Shown here: positions 1-9,699 of the stretch, one piece after another | Position numbering within the stretch: position 1 is the first letter of the stretch | Layout of the letters: every line of letters starts with the position of its first letter | DNA from: Candidatus Rariloculaceae bacterium | GTDB taxonomy: Bacteria > Pseudomonadota > Gammaproteobacteria > Steroidobacterales > Rariloculaceae | Direction of reading: 5' to 3' | Length of the DNA stretch: 64,000 nt | Assembly (NCBI GenBank): GCA_965205045.1 | Contig: OZ242031.1 | Coordinates: 934,124 to 998,123, forward strand | Notes under the pieces: generated by a model | Database searches by the model: none | Told to the model about the DNA's origin: nothing | The model's input: only the letters and a program-made list of their open reading frames with translations | Program-made: the position numbers and the translations under genes

Positions 1-3000
1 GCGTGCCATACGACAGATGCTCGGAGAGCCCGGTGCGTGGGACGAAATGGTTGCTGCAGGAGAAAGGCTAAGAAAAGCTGCGGATAAAATAGAGGAATGC
101 CTGAGCTTTGTTGACGATGACTCATCCGCACTGATCAAGAAATTCATCTCTGCGTGTACTGGAGTCTCAGTAACCCTTTTGGGTTTTCACAAAACACTTG
201 CAGACGGAGACCTCGACATAGTTCTTCAGCAACACGGTGATGTCAAATCGAGTATCGACAAGGATGTCTTTCTTGCGCTTTCCAAGATGCGTGCCGCCAA
301 TCTTGCCGTTGCGCTGGACGCAACGAACGCACTAAGTGATATGCGTCTTTCCCTGGCGCTTCTAAAGGCTGCGGAAAGTAAGCTGAGCATCGGGTTGGTG
401 GCTGTTTTGGCCGATTCCGGTAGTGGCAAGACACAGATGGCGGCACAGCTTACTGTATCTTCAGACGCTCGGCCGGCTGGCATTTTGTTGCATGGACATC
501 ATTTGAGCAAGGGACAGTCATTGAATGAGCTTGTGCAACGATTCTCGGTTAACGGCAATCCTGTGGATAGTATGGAAAGGCTGCTTGCCGCTCTGGATGC
601 AGTCGCAAAACGCGCTGGTTGCCGACTTCCTTTGCTGATTGATGGACTCAGTGAAGCCGAAAACCCGAAAGACTGGAAATCATCACTTGCAAGCCTGTCC
701 ACGCTACTGAAGAAGTATCCTAACGTAGTGGTCGTCTGTACATTGCGGACTGGACAGCGCAGTAGCGCCGTAGGCACTTCCAGATTCCACCCCGCCAATA
801 GTTCGCGGGAATCCTTTGCTTTTATGGCTCTCCCGGAAGACATAGAGAAACTGGAAAGCGACAATTTCGGTAACGATACGGAAGACGCGATTGAGAAGTA
901 CCTTACCTACTACAGGATAGACTCAGGTGATGCCGACATACCAATGGACTTTCTCGCGCATCCACTGACTTTGAGAATGTACTGTGAGGTTACGAATCCG
1001 GAACGGCAAGATGACATAATGGTTGATTCTTTTCCCGCATCTTTGTTGTCGCTCTTTGACAGATTTACAGACAATGTATGCAAGAGAATTTCGGAATTCA
1101 CGAAGCTCGATTATTCCTACACCATGGAAGAAGTCGAAAAAATTCTCTACGAGCTCGGAATGGCCTTGTGGCACTCCGGTAAACGGGAACTGGATGAAGA
1201 GGCGTTTCGAAAATTGACGGGTGACACGCAGCGACCATGGAATTGCAGTATAGTCAATCTGTTTGCACAAGAAGGCCTATTGTTCAGAAATCCAGGCAAG
1301 GAACCGGGACAGTACACTATTTTGCCGGTCTATGACGCAATGGGCGGCCATTTGATTGCTTCCGCACTACTCCGAAAACACGCCAGCGATTACTCTTTCG
1401 ATTGGCTCAAGTCTCCGGATACGATAACAACTTTGTTCGACGATAACTGCCATCAACTGGCATCGGACATATTTGCTTCTCTCGTTACTCTTGCTCCTGT
1501 TCGGGCGCACGGCCGACAACTATGGAAAGAAGTGCCGAAACAGCATCGTAACCGTGCACTGCTGTGCGCGACGTGGCTTGAGGCCCGCAATATTGACGAT
1601 GAAACTCGTGACGGATTGTCGCAGCTATTGGTTGACAAACCGATGGCGGGGCCGTTTCTTTTTAACCGGTTAAAGGTGTCGAGAGCGATTCCCGATCATC
1701 CGTTGAATGCTCAATTTCTCGACGAGGCGCTCCGCCGGTTACCTGTATCGGAGCGAGATTTGCTTTGGACCGAGTGGGTGAGAGAAACCCGAGCAGAGAG
1801 ATTGACCGATTTACTGACAACCGAAAAAAGATGGAGGGAAACCCTTGTTGCCCAGGAACCATCCGACAGCCTCCGTGCAAAATGGATCAAATGGCACCTG
1901 TCCTCAACAGACCATGAACTTCGCGATGTCGCGACCCGCGCCTTGTACTGGTACGGCTGTGGAGATGCTTCCGGACTGTTTGACGAGACTTTGATATCGT
2001 TGAGCATTGACGATCCATATATACCGGAGCGGATGCTTGCAGCCAGCTACGGTGTTTCCATGGCGCGTTGTTTTGACTTCGCTGATCCGCATTTCGCTAG
2101 GAAATTACAGTCTAGTTATGTACGGGGCCTTTACCGGAAAATGTTCGTGGACGAAGCGCCCTATCGCACAACACATCTCCTCATGAAAGAGTATGCATAC
2201 CGGGCCATTGAACTGGCCTGTTCTCGTGATCCGGATATCTTGACAGAGGAAGAACTTGATCTAGCCACGCCTCCATTTGATCGTGGAAGCTTGCAGACAT
2301 GGGGCAAAAGCCATGCAATGGAGGAACACACTGGGCATGAATCCCCTTTCCGTATGGACTTTGAGAACTACACCATAGGGAGCCTTGTACCGGGTCGGGG
2401 AAACTACAATTACGACCATACAGAATACAAAAGGGTCCGCGCGAGGATTCTGTGGCGCGTCGAACAACTTGGTTGGACGAGCACGAAATTTCGGAAGGTG
2501 GATGAGCAAATTGCTCGTCGTCATTCACGAGGACGGTCACAACACGACGCAGGCGGAGTCGACAGGTACGGAAAAAAATATTCTTGGGTGGCATATTTTG
2601 AAATGTCGGGGTTTTTACATGATTCGGAAATTCTCGAAAACCAGGTCGAACGAACTTCTGCTGTAGACATCGATCCTAGTTTCCCTGAAGCGGTTGCCAA
2701 GGAGGCTTTGATCGATACAGATTTTCTTGGTGACCGGACAATTTCCACACGCGGTTGGATTAAGAGGGGGCCTTTGCCCGGTGTGGATCCTTATCTTTGT
2801 CAGGATACGGTAGACAATGAGAGGGGAAAATGGATATCGTTGGACGGATTTGTCGATCAAGAGGACAAAGACGCGGGCCGGAGCATCTTTTGTAATGTCA
2901 GAGCCTTTCTTGTGTCGGCAGCGGACGTCGATTCAATTGTGGACTACTTCTCCAACCATAACGAAGGGATTCAGCGCTTGCCGGACAAGCCGACTGCACA

Positions 3001-3688
3001 CTATACATTTGCAGGCGAAATCCCTTGGTGTGATTCATACCCCTGTTACGGTACTAGCGAGATTTCGTTCTTGGTGCGGCAAAGGACTGTAAAGGTTCAG
3101 AGAAAGATTCCCAAGATTTTTCGCGACGGCAAAGAACTAGGTACCTCGCAGCCCGATTCGGCAGAGACGGTTGAGTCGAAGGAAAGCGGTGGCCAGATGG
3201 ATCACACTCAAGGGGCTGAATCAAACGATCCCTTGGCCCTAGAAATTCGGCGGGTGTCCGAGGAAGTCGAGGAGTTGAAAAACGAATATGTGAAATTTGA
3301 CGCTATGATTCCGGTTTGCAATTTTGGCTGGGTGGGCCACCAAACACTGGTGAGCGATCCGGGCCATGCTTGTTTACTGGCGAAAGAGATCGCTCAGGAA
3401 TTGCAACTGGTCGGGCGGCCCCAGACTTTTGACATGTTTGATAATGACGGCACAAGGGTAACGGTGAATGTTTCTGACCGGAGTAATGACTATTACAATC
3501 AACAGTCAATGTTTTTTATTCGGGAAGATATTTTGAGGCAATACCTTGAAGAGCATGGCCGTGCTCTTATCTGGATAATTTGGGGGGAACGTCAATACTC
3601 CTATGACCTCATGGCGAGAATGGGCAAGAGTACTGACAAGTCCGATCCTCGATATTCTCTTTACAGGAAAATAATTCAGTTCGAATAG
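1..3688 (+). CDS. Large STAND/NACHT-like NTPase, Avs (AVAST)-like antiphage protein; 5' end probably outside the window
   Basis: Frame is open from position 2. Walker A ADSGSGKT, Walker B LLIDGLSE, HPLTLRMYC post-NTPase motif, long helical C-terminus with RYGKKYSWVAY, a motif I associate with Avs-type sensors. Confidence 0.7.
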   Translation, partial: RAIRQMLGEPGAWDEMVAAGERLRKAADKIEECLSFVDDDSSALIKKFISACTGVSVTLLGFHKTLADGDLDIVLQQHGDVKSSIDKDVFLALSKMRAANLAVALDATNALSDMRLSLALLKAAESKLSIGLVAVLADSGSGKTQMAAQLTVSSDARPAGILLHGHHLSKGQSLNELVQRFSVNGNPVDSMERLLAALDAVAKRAGCRLPLLIDGLSEAENPKDWKSSLASLSTLLKKYPNVVVVCTLRTGQRSSAVGTSRFHPANSSRESFAFMALPEDIEKLESDNFGNDTEDAIEKYLTYYRIDSGDADIPMDFLAHPLTLRMYCEVTNPERQDDIMVDSFPASLLSLFDRFTDNVCKRISEFTKLDYSYTMEEVEKILYELGMALWHSGKRELDEEAFRKLTGDTQRPWNCSIVNLFAQEGLLFRNPGKEPGQYTILPVYDAMGGHLIASALLRKHASDYSFDWLKSPDTITTLFDDNCHQLASDIFASLVTLAPVRAHGRQLWKEVPKQHRNRALLCATWLEARNIDDETRDGLSQLLVDKPMAGPFLFNRLKVSRAIPDHPLNAQFLDEALRRLPVSERDLLWTEWVRETRAERLTDLLTTEKRWRETLVAQEPSDSLRAKWIKWHLSSTDHELRDVATRALYWYGCGDASGLFDETLISLSIDDPYIPERMLAASYGVSMARCFDFADPHFARKLQSSYVRGLYRKMFVDEAPYRTTHLLMKEYAYRAIELACSRDPDILTEEELDLATPPFDRGSLQTWGKSHAMEEHTGHESPFRMDFENYTIGSLVPGRGNYNYDHTEYKRVRARILWRVEQLGWTSTKFRKVDEQIARRHSRGRSQHDAGGVDRYGKKYSWVAYFEMSGFLHDSEILENQVERTSAVDIDPSFPEAVAKEALIDTDFLGDRTISTRGWIKRGPLPGVDPYLCQDTVDNERGKWISLDGFVDQEDKDAGRSIFCNVRAFLVSAADVDSIVDYFSNHNEGIQRLPDKPTAHYTFAGEIPWCDSYPCYGTSEISFLVRQRTVKVQRKIPKIFRDGKELGTSQPDSAETVESKESGGQMDHTQGAESNDPLALEIRRVSEEVEELKNEYVKFDAMIPVCNFGWVGHQTLVSDPGHACLLAKEIAQELQLVGRPQTFDMFDNDGTRVTVNVSDRSNDYYNQQSMFFIREDILRQYLEEHGRALIWIIWGERQYSYDLMARMGKSTDKSDPRYSLYRKIIQFE

Positions 3689-4082
3689 GAACTTTTCTTC
3701 GCAAATTTGCCGATACCCATAACGCTACGACGGCGCACACGGCCTGGCATCATGCGAGCATAGGGTACGCTGTGTTTGCGTTTCGCCGTTCCCGAATGCA
3801 GGAATCCTGCTGTGATCGCCCGTTAACCGCAGGCGAACCTGCAAAAGAACTTGAAGGCTATCAGGCGGTTCGAATACTTATTGGACGAGACGAATCCTCG
3901 CAGTGCTACTATTGATCGTAAACAACTCAGCCACGTACCGTTCCGTCGTTTCTTCGCGCCGATGGTCGAGGTATGCTTATAAGTGCTACGTCTTCGCCTG
4001 ACAAGAAGGGTTCGCTCGGATAGGTGTCGCGCAACTCGTGCACTCGAACTTCCTGCAAGGATCCTTGCTTGGCTAACTTCAT

Positions 4083-4811
4083 TCATTGTGACCAGGGCCT
4101 GATCGAATTCAGAAAATAGCCCAATCGTTGCCGCCGACCCCAAGCGGATGGATGGTTGCCAACAAATATCTCCGCAATCGCTGACATTTGACGCAGCAAC
4201 TTTGATCGACGTCTGAAACCGGCACTTTGGAAAACGATGATTTCCGGCTCAAGAATTGTCGCTTCCGTGACAAGGAACCGCTGTTCCTGTTCGTGGTCGA
4301 TGCGCACCTTTTGTCCGTTGTGGACAAGCAGAAACTTGTAGTCGTTCGTGAATGCTATGTACCGAAGCGGATTCCGGTGAGGCAGGTTTTTCGTATCACT
4401 CAACAACCATTGGGGCACGCGGCTCTTGTCGGCCCAATCCAGCCAGTGCTGCCATTCTCTGCATTCGCTTCGGAGGAAATGCATTGCCGTAACGTACGTT
4501 CCCGACATGTGTGGATTGTGTTCGCCTGGGGGCTTGTCCTCGATTTCCGTGCGCCGTTGTTCATACGAATGAATACGGTCCTTCGTAGTATCGCCGCCTA
4601 TGTCCATACCCACGATCAGCACTCGCCGCATTCTTCCATAGCATGTCCCAATGTGCGGATACGATGCAAATTTCACATATGCTTCACTGATCCTTCCAGT
4701 GTCGGAGTCGACGTGCAATTGACGGAACAAATGGGTGTGCGATTTCGTCAGCTCACGCATTCGTCCATCCCTGTAAGCATCCTGATTCACCATATGATTT
4801 CCAGAACTCAT
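4083..4811 (-). CDS. Uracil-DNA glycosylase superfamily-like protein
   Basis: UDG-fold pattern: PHIG...RVLIVGMD, IAFTNDYK, EATILEPEIIVF, C-terminal NHPS. Confidence 0.6.
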   Translation of the reverse strand: MSSGNHMVNQDAYRDGRMRELTKSHTHLFRQLHVDSDTGRISEAYVKFASYPHIGTCYGRMRRVLIVGMDIGGDTTKDRIHSYEQRRTEIEDKPPGEHNPHMSGTYVTAMHFLRSECREWQHWLDWADKSRVPQWLLSDTKNLPHRNPLRYIAFTNDYKFLLVHNGQKVRIDHEQEQRFLVTEATILEPEIIVFQSAGFRRRSKLLRQMSAIAEIFVGNHPSAWGRRQRLGYFLNSIRPWSQ

Positions 4812-4856
4812 TTTTGTGGTTGTGTCGGTCTGTGAAACAGGTCACAGTTGTTTGCC

Positions 4857-5429
4857 TCAGTTTACGTTCTCCACGAATAAGGGTAGTTGCTTATGAAAAT
4901 TCTTACGTAGCACATTTTTGCTCAGTACATTCCCCAAATCACTGTCGAAAGAATAGGGAAGTGCCTCAAGCCCTCCTGGGTGCTTCGATTCCAGAAGCTC
5001 GAGAAATGCAGAAACGTCTTTTCGCTGAATGGCTCCCTTTAATGACGTGCTATCGACGAGATAATTCATGGATCTCGCCCCAAGCGTCTTTTCCAACACA
5101 CTCGGCTCGGTATCAAGCTCAGCCAAATAAAACATGAGTTGATACAATGATTCACACTGTGAAGATTGCGACCAGACTGGACCGTATCGGAAAGGCTCCA
5201 CAATTGGCTGCAGCGCCACCTGCGCTTTACCTCTCAACGCGCTCAACTCCTCGAACATCTCACGCTTCGCAGTTCGCTCGAAATTTCCATTGTCCTTCGC
5301 CTCTTGATGCCCTCCGATCAGGTTCAGATCGTTCCAATCCTTGTCACGGCGCAAGATAAAGTAATCTTCGTCATCAATCTTGAGTTTGATAACAACGAAA
5401 GCACAGCGCGTTTCTCGGCAATTCGTCAT
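4857..5429 (-). CDS. Nudix hydrolase
   Basis: Nudix box-like GGHQEAKDNGNFERTAKREMFEEL; GGGGAG RBS before ATG at 5429. Confidence 0.75.
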   Translation of the reverse strand: MTNCRETRCAFVVIKLKIDDEDYFILRRDKDWNDLNLIGGHQEAKDNGNFERTAKREMFEELSALRGKAQVALQPIVEPFRYGPVWSQSSQCESLYQLMFYLAELDTEPSVLEKTLGARSMNYLVDSTSLKGAIQRKDVSAFLELLESKHPGGLEALPYSFDSDLGNVLSKNVLRKNFHKQLPLFVENVN

Positions 5430-5532
5430 TCCGAAAACTCCCCACATTTGTTGAGAATTGCTTCCGGTCGCGGCTCCAGATCAAGTTCCTTCATTTTTGA
5501 TCGAAGCTCTTCGAGTTTCCCGAAACGACCAT

Positions 5533-6588
5533 CTAGGATTGCTCGGCCTCGTCGGAAACCGAGTGTTCATGGTCACGCCAAGCATCCTCTACGTGACGCA
5601 CGAACTCGACCAGATGGCTCTTGCCCTCGTGCCAGGAATCCTCGTCGAGGCGGCAATACCATTGCTTTGGGGCGCGACGCGTGGCGGGTGCATTCGGCGG
5701 CTTCTCCTCGTTGAACGAAATTACTTTCTTCAGCTCTTTTAGGCGTTCTCGACCAAGGTCTACGGCCGCTGGATAGAAAGTGATTCGAATCTTTCCCGAC
5801 TTGTCGATCGACACGGAATGCGACCCGCGGACACGCACGTCGTCCGGGAGTGTGATTGTCCGCTGCAGGAAGGTAATGCCGGACTTCGTATAGTACTTTC
5901 CGATACCGTAGTCCAGTGACGCTTTCGCATCCCGCCAGATATCGGCCACGCCAAATTCGGTAGCCTTCCGATTCAATGTGCTGGCGCTTGGGCGACCTTC
6001 GGCGGATGGACGGGAATCTGTCGCGGTTCGTACCTGCCTCGCCATCAGCAAGCTGGCTCCAAGCGAATAGCCATGGAAGGTCAAGAGCCTGATGTCGATG
6101 TCCCGTGCTGCCAGGTACTCAACCATTCGCTCGGCGCTGGCATCGATTCCCAGGCCGACCAGTACCATCCTGATGGGCCTGATGCTGTCTCCCGGCTGGT
6201 TTGCATACCATTCCTCAAAGTCTGCAATCTTTCTTGTCCCGTGCTTGCCGGATTCCTCGGCGACAAGTGCTGCGATTTCCGAATCCGCCAGTGTCTCCAG
6301 CCAGGTGCAGTAATCCAGAATCTGTGCCACGGCATCCCGCGTGAGCTTCTCGCGTTTGAGTTCAAAGACCACCAATCGACCGTCGTCGTCAATTCCGAGA
6401 AGGTCTATGTATCCGGTACCTACCGGCACCTGTCTGCCAATCAGCGTGAGACCGCGCATCAGCATGCCGGGATTCTTCACGAGAACCTCTTCCAGCATCT
6501 CTTCTGTCTCAAATCGATCGTTGACATCGAGCTTGCGCCCAGCCCGGTTTTCCTGGTCGATATTCCAGATTCCGATGTCAGTCTTCAT
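5533..6588 (-). CDS. NucS/DUF91-like PD-(D/E)xK endonuclease with an extra C-terminal domain
   Basis: EEMLEEVL...IDLLGIDDDGRLVVFELKR...AVAQILDY, the NucS C-terminal nuclease signature. Confidence 0.8.
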   Translation of the reverse strand: MKTDIGIWNIDQENRAGRKLDVNDRFETEEMLEEVLVKNPGMLMRGLTLIGRQVPVGTGYIDLLGIDDDGRLVVFELKREKLTRDAVAQILDYCTWLETLADSEIAALVAEESGKHGTRKIADFEEWYANQPGDSIRPIRMVLVGLGIDASAERMVEYLAARDIDIRLLTFHGYSLGASLLMARQVRTATDSRPSAEGRPSASTLNRKATEFGVADIWRDAKASLDYGIGKYYTKSGITFLQRTITLPDDVRVRGSHSVSIDKSGKIRITFYPAAVDLGRERLKELKKVISFNEEKPPNAPATRRAPKQWYCRLDEDSWHEGKSHLVEFVRHVEDAWRDHEHSVSDEAEQS

Positions 6589-6889
6589 TCGCTCGCCTCG
6601 GAGATTTTCACGTCCCACCGCTGCTGTAGCACGAGATTCCCGTATTCTTGCCGGGAGACCATCAATGACCCGTGGAGTGCTGTGGGCGCTCTCTGTCCGG
6701 TGTGAATCCTACCAGCGGTCGCTCACCATGGCGTGTTTGCATCGTAAAATACCGGAAAGAAAGGACACTCTTTGCAGTCACCGCCGTTCTATTCGCTGTA
6801 GTCTCTGATCGGCACCGCTGTCGCTGGCCCACGGCTCGTGCCGACCGGTTTCTCCACAAGGCCCCCGGTTGCGCGGCCCCAGCCGCCCC

Positions 6890-7381
6890 TCAATCCACCT
6901 CCGGTTCCACCAGCGGCACGCACAAGTCGGTGATCAGGCGTTTGGCGACGACCTCCGCGGGCGTGTTGCGATACAACTCCATGCACGGTCGTTCCGCAAC
7001 GGTCTCGCCGCTGGCGGGCAACCATTCCTCGAACAGCCGCCGGTACGCTTCGCCGAGTTCCTCGTGGGGGCCCACGAGCCGGTGCACGGCATGTCGCCCG
7101 GCGCCGAGCGAGTCGATCTCGATACCCGGCGGGGGGCGTTCGTGGGTGAACATTTCCACCCCCGCCTTCCAGTACCAGCGTTGCGATGGCGGAGCATCGG
7201 GCAGCTGAAACGACAGCGTCAGCACCCGACCGGTGGGTGCGCCCAGGGTCGCCGCCCATCGGAACAGCCGTTGGAGACAGGGACTCACGTCCGGCCATGC
7301 ACCGACGTCGCGAATGCACGCCACCCGTATCGGTTCGAATGTCGCGATCCGGACGTCGATGGCGGTGCTGCTCCCGTGCAT
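6890..7381 (-). CDS. GyrI-like small-molecule binding domain protein (AraC effector domain without HTH)
   Basis: VACIRDVG...GRHAVHRLVGPHEELGEAYRRLFEEWLPASG...PCMELYRNTP...LITDLCVP. Confidence 0.8.
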   Translation of the reverse strand: MHGSSTAIDVRIATFEPIRVACIRDVGAWPDVSPCLQRLFRWAATLGAPTGRVLTLSFQLPDAPPSQRWYWKAGVEMFTHERPPPGIEIDSLGAGRHAVHRLVGPHEELGEAYRRLFEEWLPASGETVAERPCMELYRNTPAEVVAKRLITDLCVPLVEPEVD

Positions 7382-7410
7382 CGGCAGAGTCGCGGATTTT
7401 CCGTAGCGCT
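7331..7410. repeat. Direct repeat copy A (pairs with 8715-8797)
   Basis: 7331-7387 matches 8715-8771 at 53 of 57 nt, with looser similarity beyond. Confidence 0.85.
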
Positions 7411-7420
7411 TTTGCCGCCG

Positions 7421-8671
7421 CTACCGGGCCATCCCGCGAGGCTTCGCCCGGGAATCGTAACCCCGGCCCAGTTCGGCGATGTGCGCGACAAGCGATGGGA
7501 TTGGTGCGATGTAGCAACCGGGATCGCGCTTTTCGAGCAAGCCGGCGTGCACCGCCTTGCGGGCCAGCGCCTCGGCTTCGGGGGCATTGATGCTCAGGAA
7601 TTTCCCGATCGTGCCTTCGGTCACGAACTCCCGCCCGTCGAACATGGCTGCCCATGCGGAGAATTGCTCGGGTTGCAACGCGCCGCCGACCCTGTTCAGC
7701 CGATCGTTGTAATACTTGGCGCGCGCCCGTCCGGCCCACTCCATGGTTGCCGCGAACCCATCCCGGTCCAGCGTCCAATCTCGTGGTTTGGCGATATCGG
7801 CGACGCATCCCAGTGTGTTGCTCAGGTGCTTCGGCCAGCCATCCGCGTCCCGGGCGATGGCGTCGGCCCATTCATCGATCGTGTCGGGCGGCCGGTTCGT
7901 CATGGCCCGCAGCGCGAGTCGGGCCATGTCCCGGACGGCTTCTTTCGGCAATGGCTCCATCAGGTGCTCGCGCCGGGGTTCCGGGCGGGACACGCCGCAC
8001 TTCCACAGTTCGTCCAGCGTGTTGCCGAGTCCCGCGTACACCGGCAGCGCCTTCAGGTCGATTTCTCCATCGTGCAGGGGTCGTGCGAACGTCGGGCCGA
8101 GTTCCCCGGCTTCGGAGAGTTTCGCCTGCGCCTCGTCAATCAGCAGGACGATGGCCGGACGTTTGCCCCGATCGTTGATCGCGTCTGTCAGGGTAGTCAA
8201 CCGGGCAAGTTCGGGCAGGTCCGGATCGTCCTTTTGCGAGATGGTCAGTTGGGCGAATCCCGCATTGAGTCTCCCCGATACTTGCGCCTCTCCCCAGATG
8301 AGATCTCGCCACCGGGCAGGAAGTTCGCGTCGCAACCGGATCTCGAAGGCCCGTGCGTTGCGCAGCATGTCGCCCGTGCCGTCCACCGCCCAGACGGGGT
8401 GTTTGTCCGTGCTCATGCACTCCAGGCGTTTGCGCAAATGGAGCAATGTCTCGCTCTTTCCGGCGCCGGGCGCCCCGTACAATACCGTGGACAGATTCTT
8501 TAACGGGCCGGGGGAAAGTCGCAAGCGTTCGGCGTCGCGCAACACCGCATCGACGATCTTGTCCCGCCCGCCGAACAGCGGGTTGGGATCGAGTTCAGCG
8601 CGCTCGGAGCGTTGGCGGAAATACTCGCGAATCCGGTGGTGGAGCGAATGTTCGTCTGCGCTGGGTGTCAT
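7421..8671 (-). CDS. Solo AAA+ (AAA_16-like) ATPase with probable C-terminal winged helix
   Basis: FGGR motif, Walker A GAPGAGKS, Walker B LLIDEAQ, DADGWPKHL; start placed at MTPSADEH. Confidence 0.8.
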   Translation of the reverse strand: MTPSADEHSLHHRIREYFRQRSERAELDPNPLFGGRDKIVDAVLRDAERLRLSPGPLKNLSTVLYGAPGAGKSETLLHLRKRLECMSTDKHPVWAVDGTGDMLRNARAFEIRLRRELPARWRDLIWGEAQVSGRLNAGFAQLTISQKDDPDLPELARLTTLTDAINDRGKRPAIVLLIDEAQAKLSEAGELGPTFARPLHDGEIDLKALPVYAGLGNTLDELWKCGVSRPEPRREHLMEPLPKEAVRDMARLALRAMTNRPPDTIDEWADAIARDADGWPKHLSNTLGCVADIAKPRDWTLDRDGFAATMEWAGRARAKYYNDRLNRVGGALQPEQFSAWAAMFDGREFVTEGTIGKFLSINAPEAEALARKAVHAGLLEKRDPGCYIAPIPSLVAHIAELGRGYDSRAKPRGMAR

Positions 8672-8714
8672 GGCGGTTCCCGCATAGGCCATGGAGAGTA
8701 GAGTATATAAGTCC

Positions 8715-8797
8715 CGGTTGGAATGTCGCGACCCGGACGACGATGGCGGTGCTGCTCCCGTGCTTCGGCAGGGCCCGGGGATTTTGCCGCTGCGCTT
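8715..8797. repeat. Direct repeat copy B (duplicate of the GyrI gene 5' end)
   Basis: Minus strand encodes KHGSSTAIVVRVATFQP versus GyrI N-terminus MHGSSTAIDVRIATFEP. Confidence 0.85.
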
Positions 8798-8991
8798 CCG
8801 CTGGCAACCAGGCCCGGACCGCCGGACCGTCATCTGGCGGGGGAGTCGCGTCTGCGGAGGGTGAGCGCCGCGGGGGATGCACTTCGACCGTGCGCTCAAG
8901 TACGATTCGGTAGCATGGGACAATGCTTTGCACGTTCTTTTGCTGCACGGTCGGCGACCGGTTTGGTCCTGGCTATCGGGATGAGCGTCAC

Positions 8992-9426
8992 GTGAACTCC
9001 ACGGCCGTACTCTATCCCGCCTTCGCGCTTGCCTGGTGGAGCATCGCCGTGCTGGCGCTCGTGTCCATCCGGCGGCTCGGTTTCATGCTCGGCCGCGACC
9101 GCGACGACGCCGGGGAGATGGAACCGTTCGGCCTGGGCGAGCCCGGGGACACGCCCGCCGCCGTTTCGCTGGCGAACCGCAACTACGTCAACCTCTTCGA
9201 ATCGCCGGTTCTGTTCTACTTCTGCTGTACGGTCCACTACCTCATCGACAGCGTCACCGGTGTGACGGTCTGGCTCGCCTGGGCGTATGTCGCGACACGG
9301 CTTGCGCACAGCCTCGTGCACGTGACCTGCAACCGGGTACCGTACCGCTCGGCGATCTTCGCCATCGGCGCCGTCATTCTGTGCGTTTTGCTCGGGCAGG
9401 CCACGCTGTCGATACTCGCAGCATAG
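8992..9426 (+). CDS. MAPEG family membrane protein
   Basis: ANRNYVNLFESPVLFY...LAWAYVATRLAHSLVH motif; hydrophobic helices; GTG start inferred. Confidence 0.8.
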   Translation: MNSTAVLYPAFALAWWSIAVLALVSIRRLGFMLGRDRDDAGEMEPFGLGEPGDTPAAVSLANRNYVNLFESPVLFYFCCTVHYLIDSVTGVTVWLAWAYVATRLAHSLVHVTCNRVPYRSAIFAIGAVILCVLLGQATLSILAA

Positions 9427-9558
9427 CGGCCCGCGGTATCCATCGATCTCACTCGCCGCTCTATCGCGTCCCGCGACCCTGATAGAATCGAATGCATGAC
9501 GTGCCTTTTTTGTACCTTGTCACAGTCATGGCACAGGAAAACGACTGTGCTGGCCTTG

Positions 9559-9571
9559 CAAGTGACTGATT
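9559..9571 (-). promoter_or_regulatory. IHF-binding consensus immediately upstream of the tRNA
   Basis: Minus strand AATCAGTCACTTG fits WATCARnnnnTTR. Confidence 0.4.
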
Positions 9572-9581
9572 TTCATGCATT

Positions 9582-9654
9582 GCGCCCGTAGCTCAGTGGA
9601 TAGAGCACTGCCCTCCGGAGGCAGGGGCCGGGGGTTCGAATCCCTCCGGGCGCG
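9582..9654 (+). tRNA. tRNA-Arg (anticodon CCG); CCA not encoded
   Basis: Acceptor GCGCCCG/CGGGCGC, D-arm GCTCAGTGGATAGAGC, anticodon stem CTGCC-CTCCGGA-GGCAG, T-loop GTTCGAATC. Confidence 0.97.
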
Positions 9655-9699
9655 CAATCTTCGCAGGACGCGGTAAAGAAAGCGGCCGCTTCCGGGCAG

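Noticed and set aside
3689-6890. Integron cassette array for the nuclease, Nudix and UDG genes
   Set aside because: No convincing paired RYYYAAC...GTTRRRY attC structures between the genes and no intI in the window.
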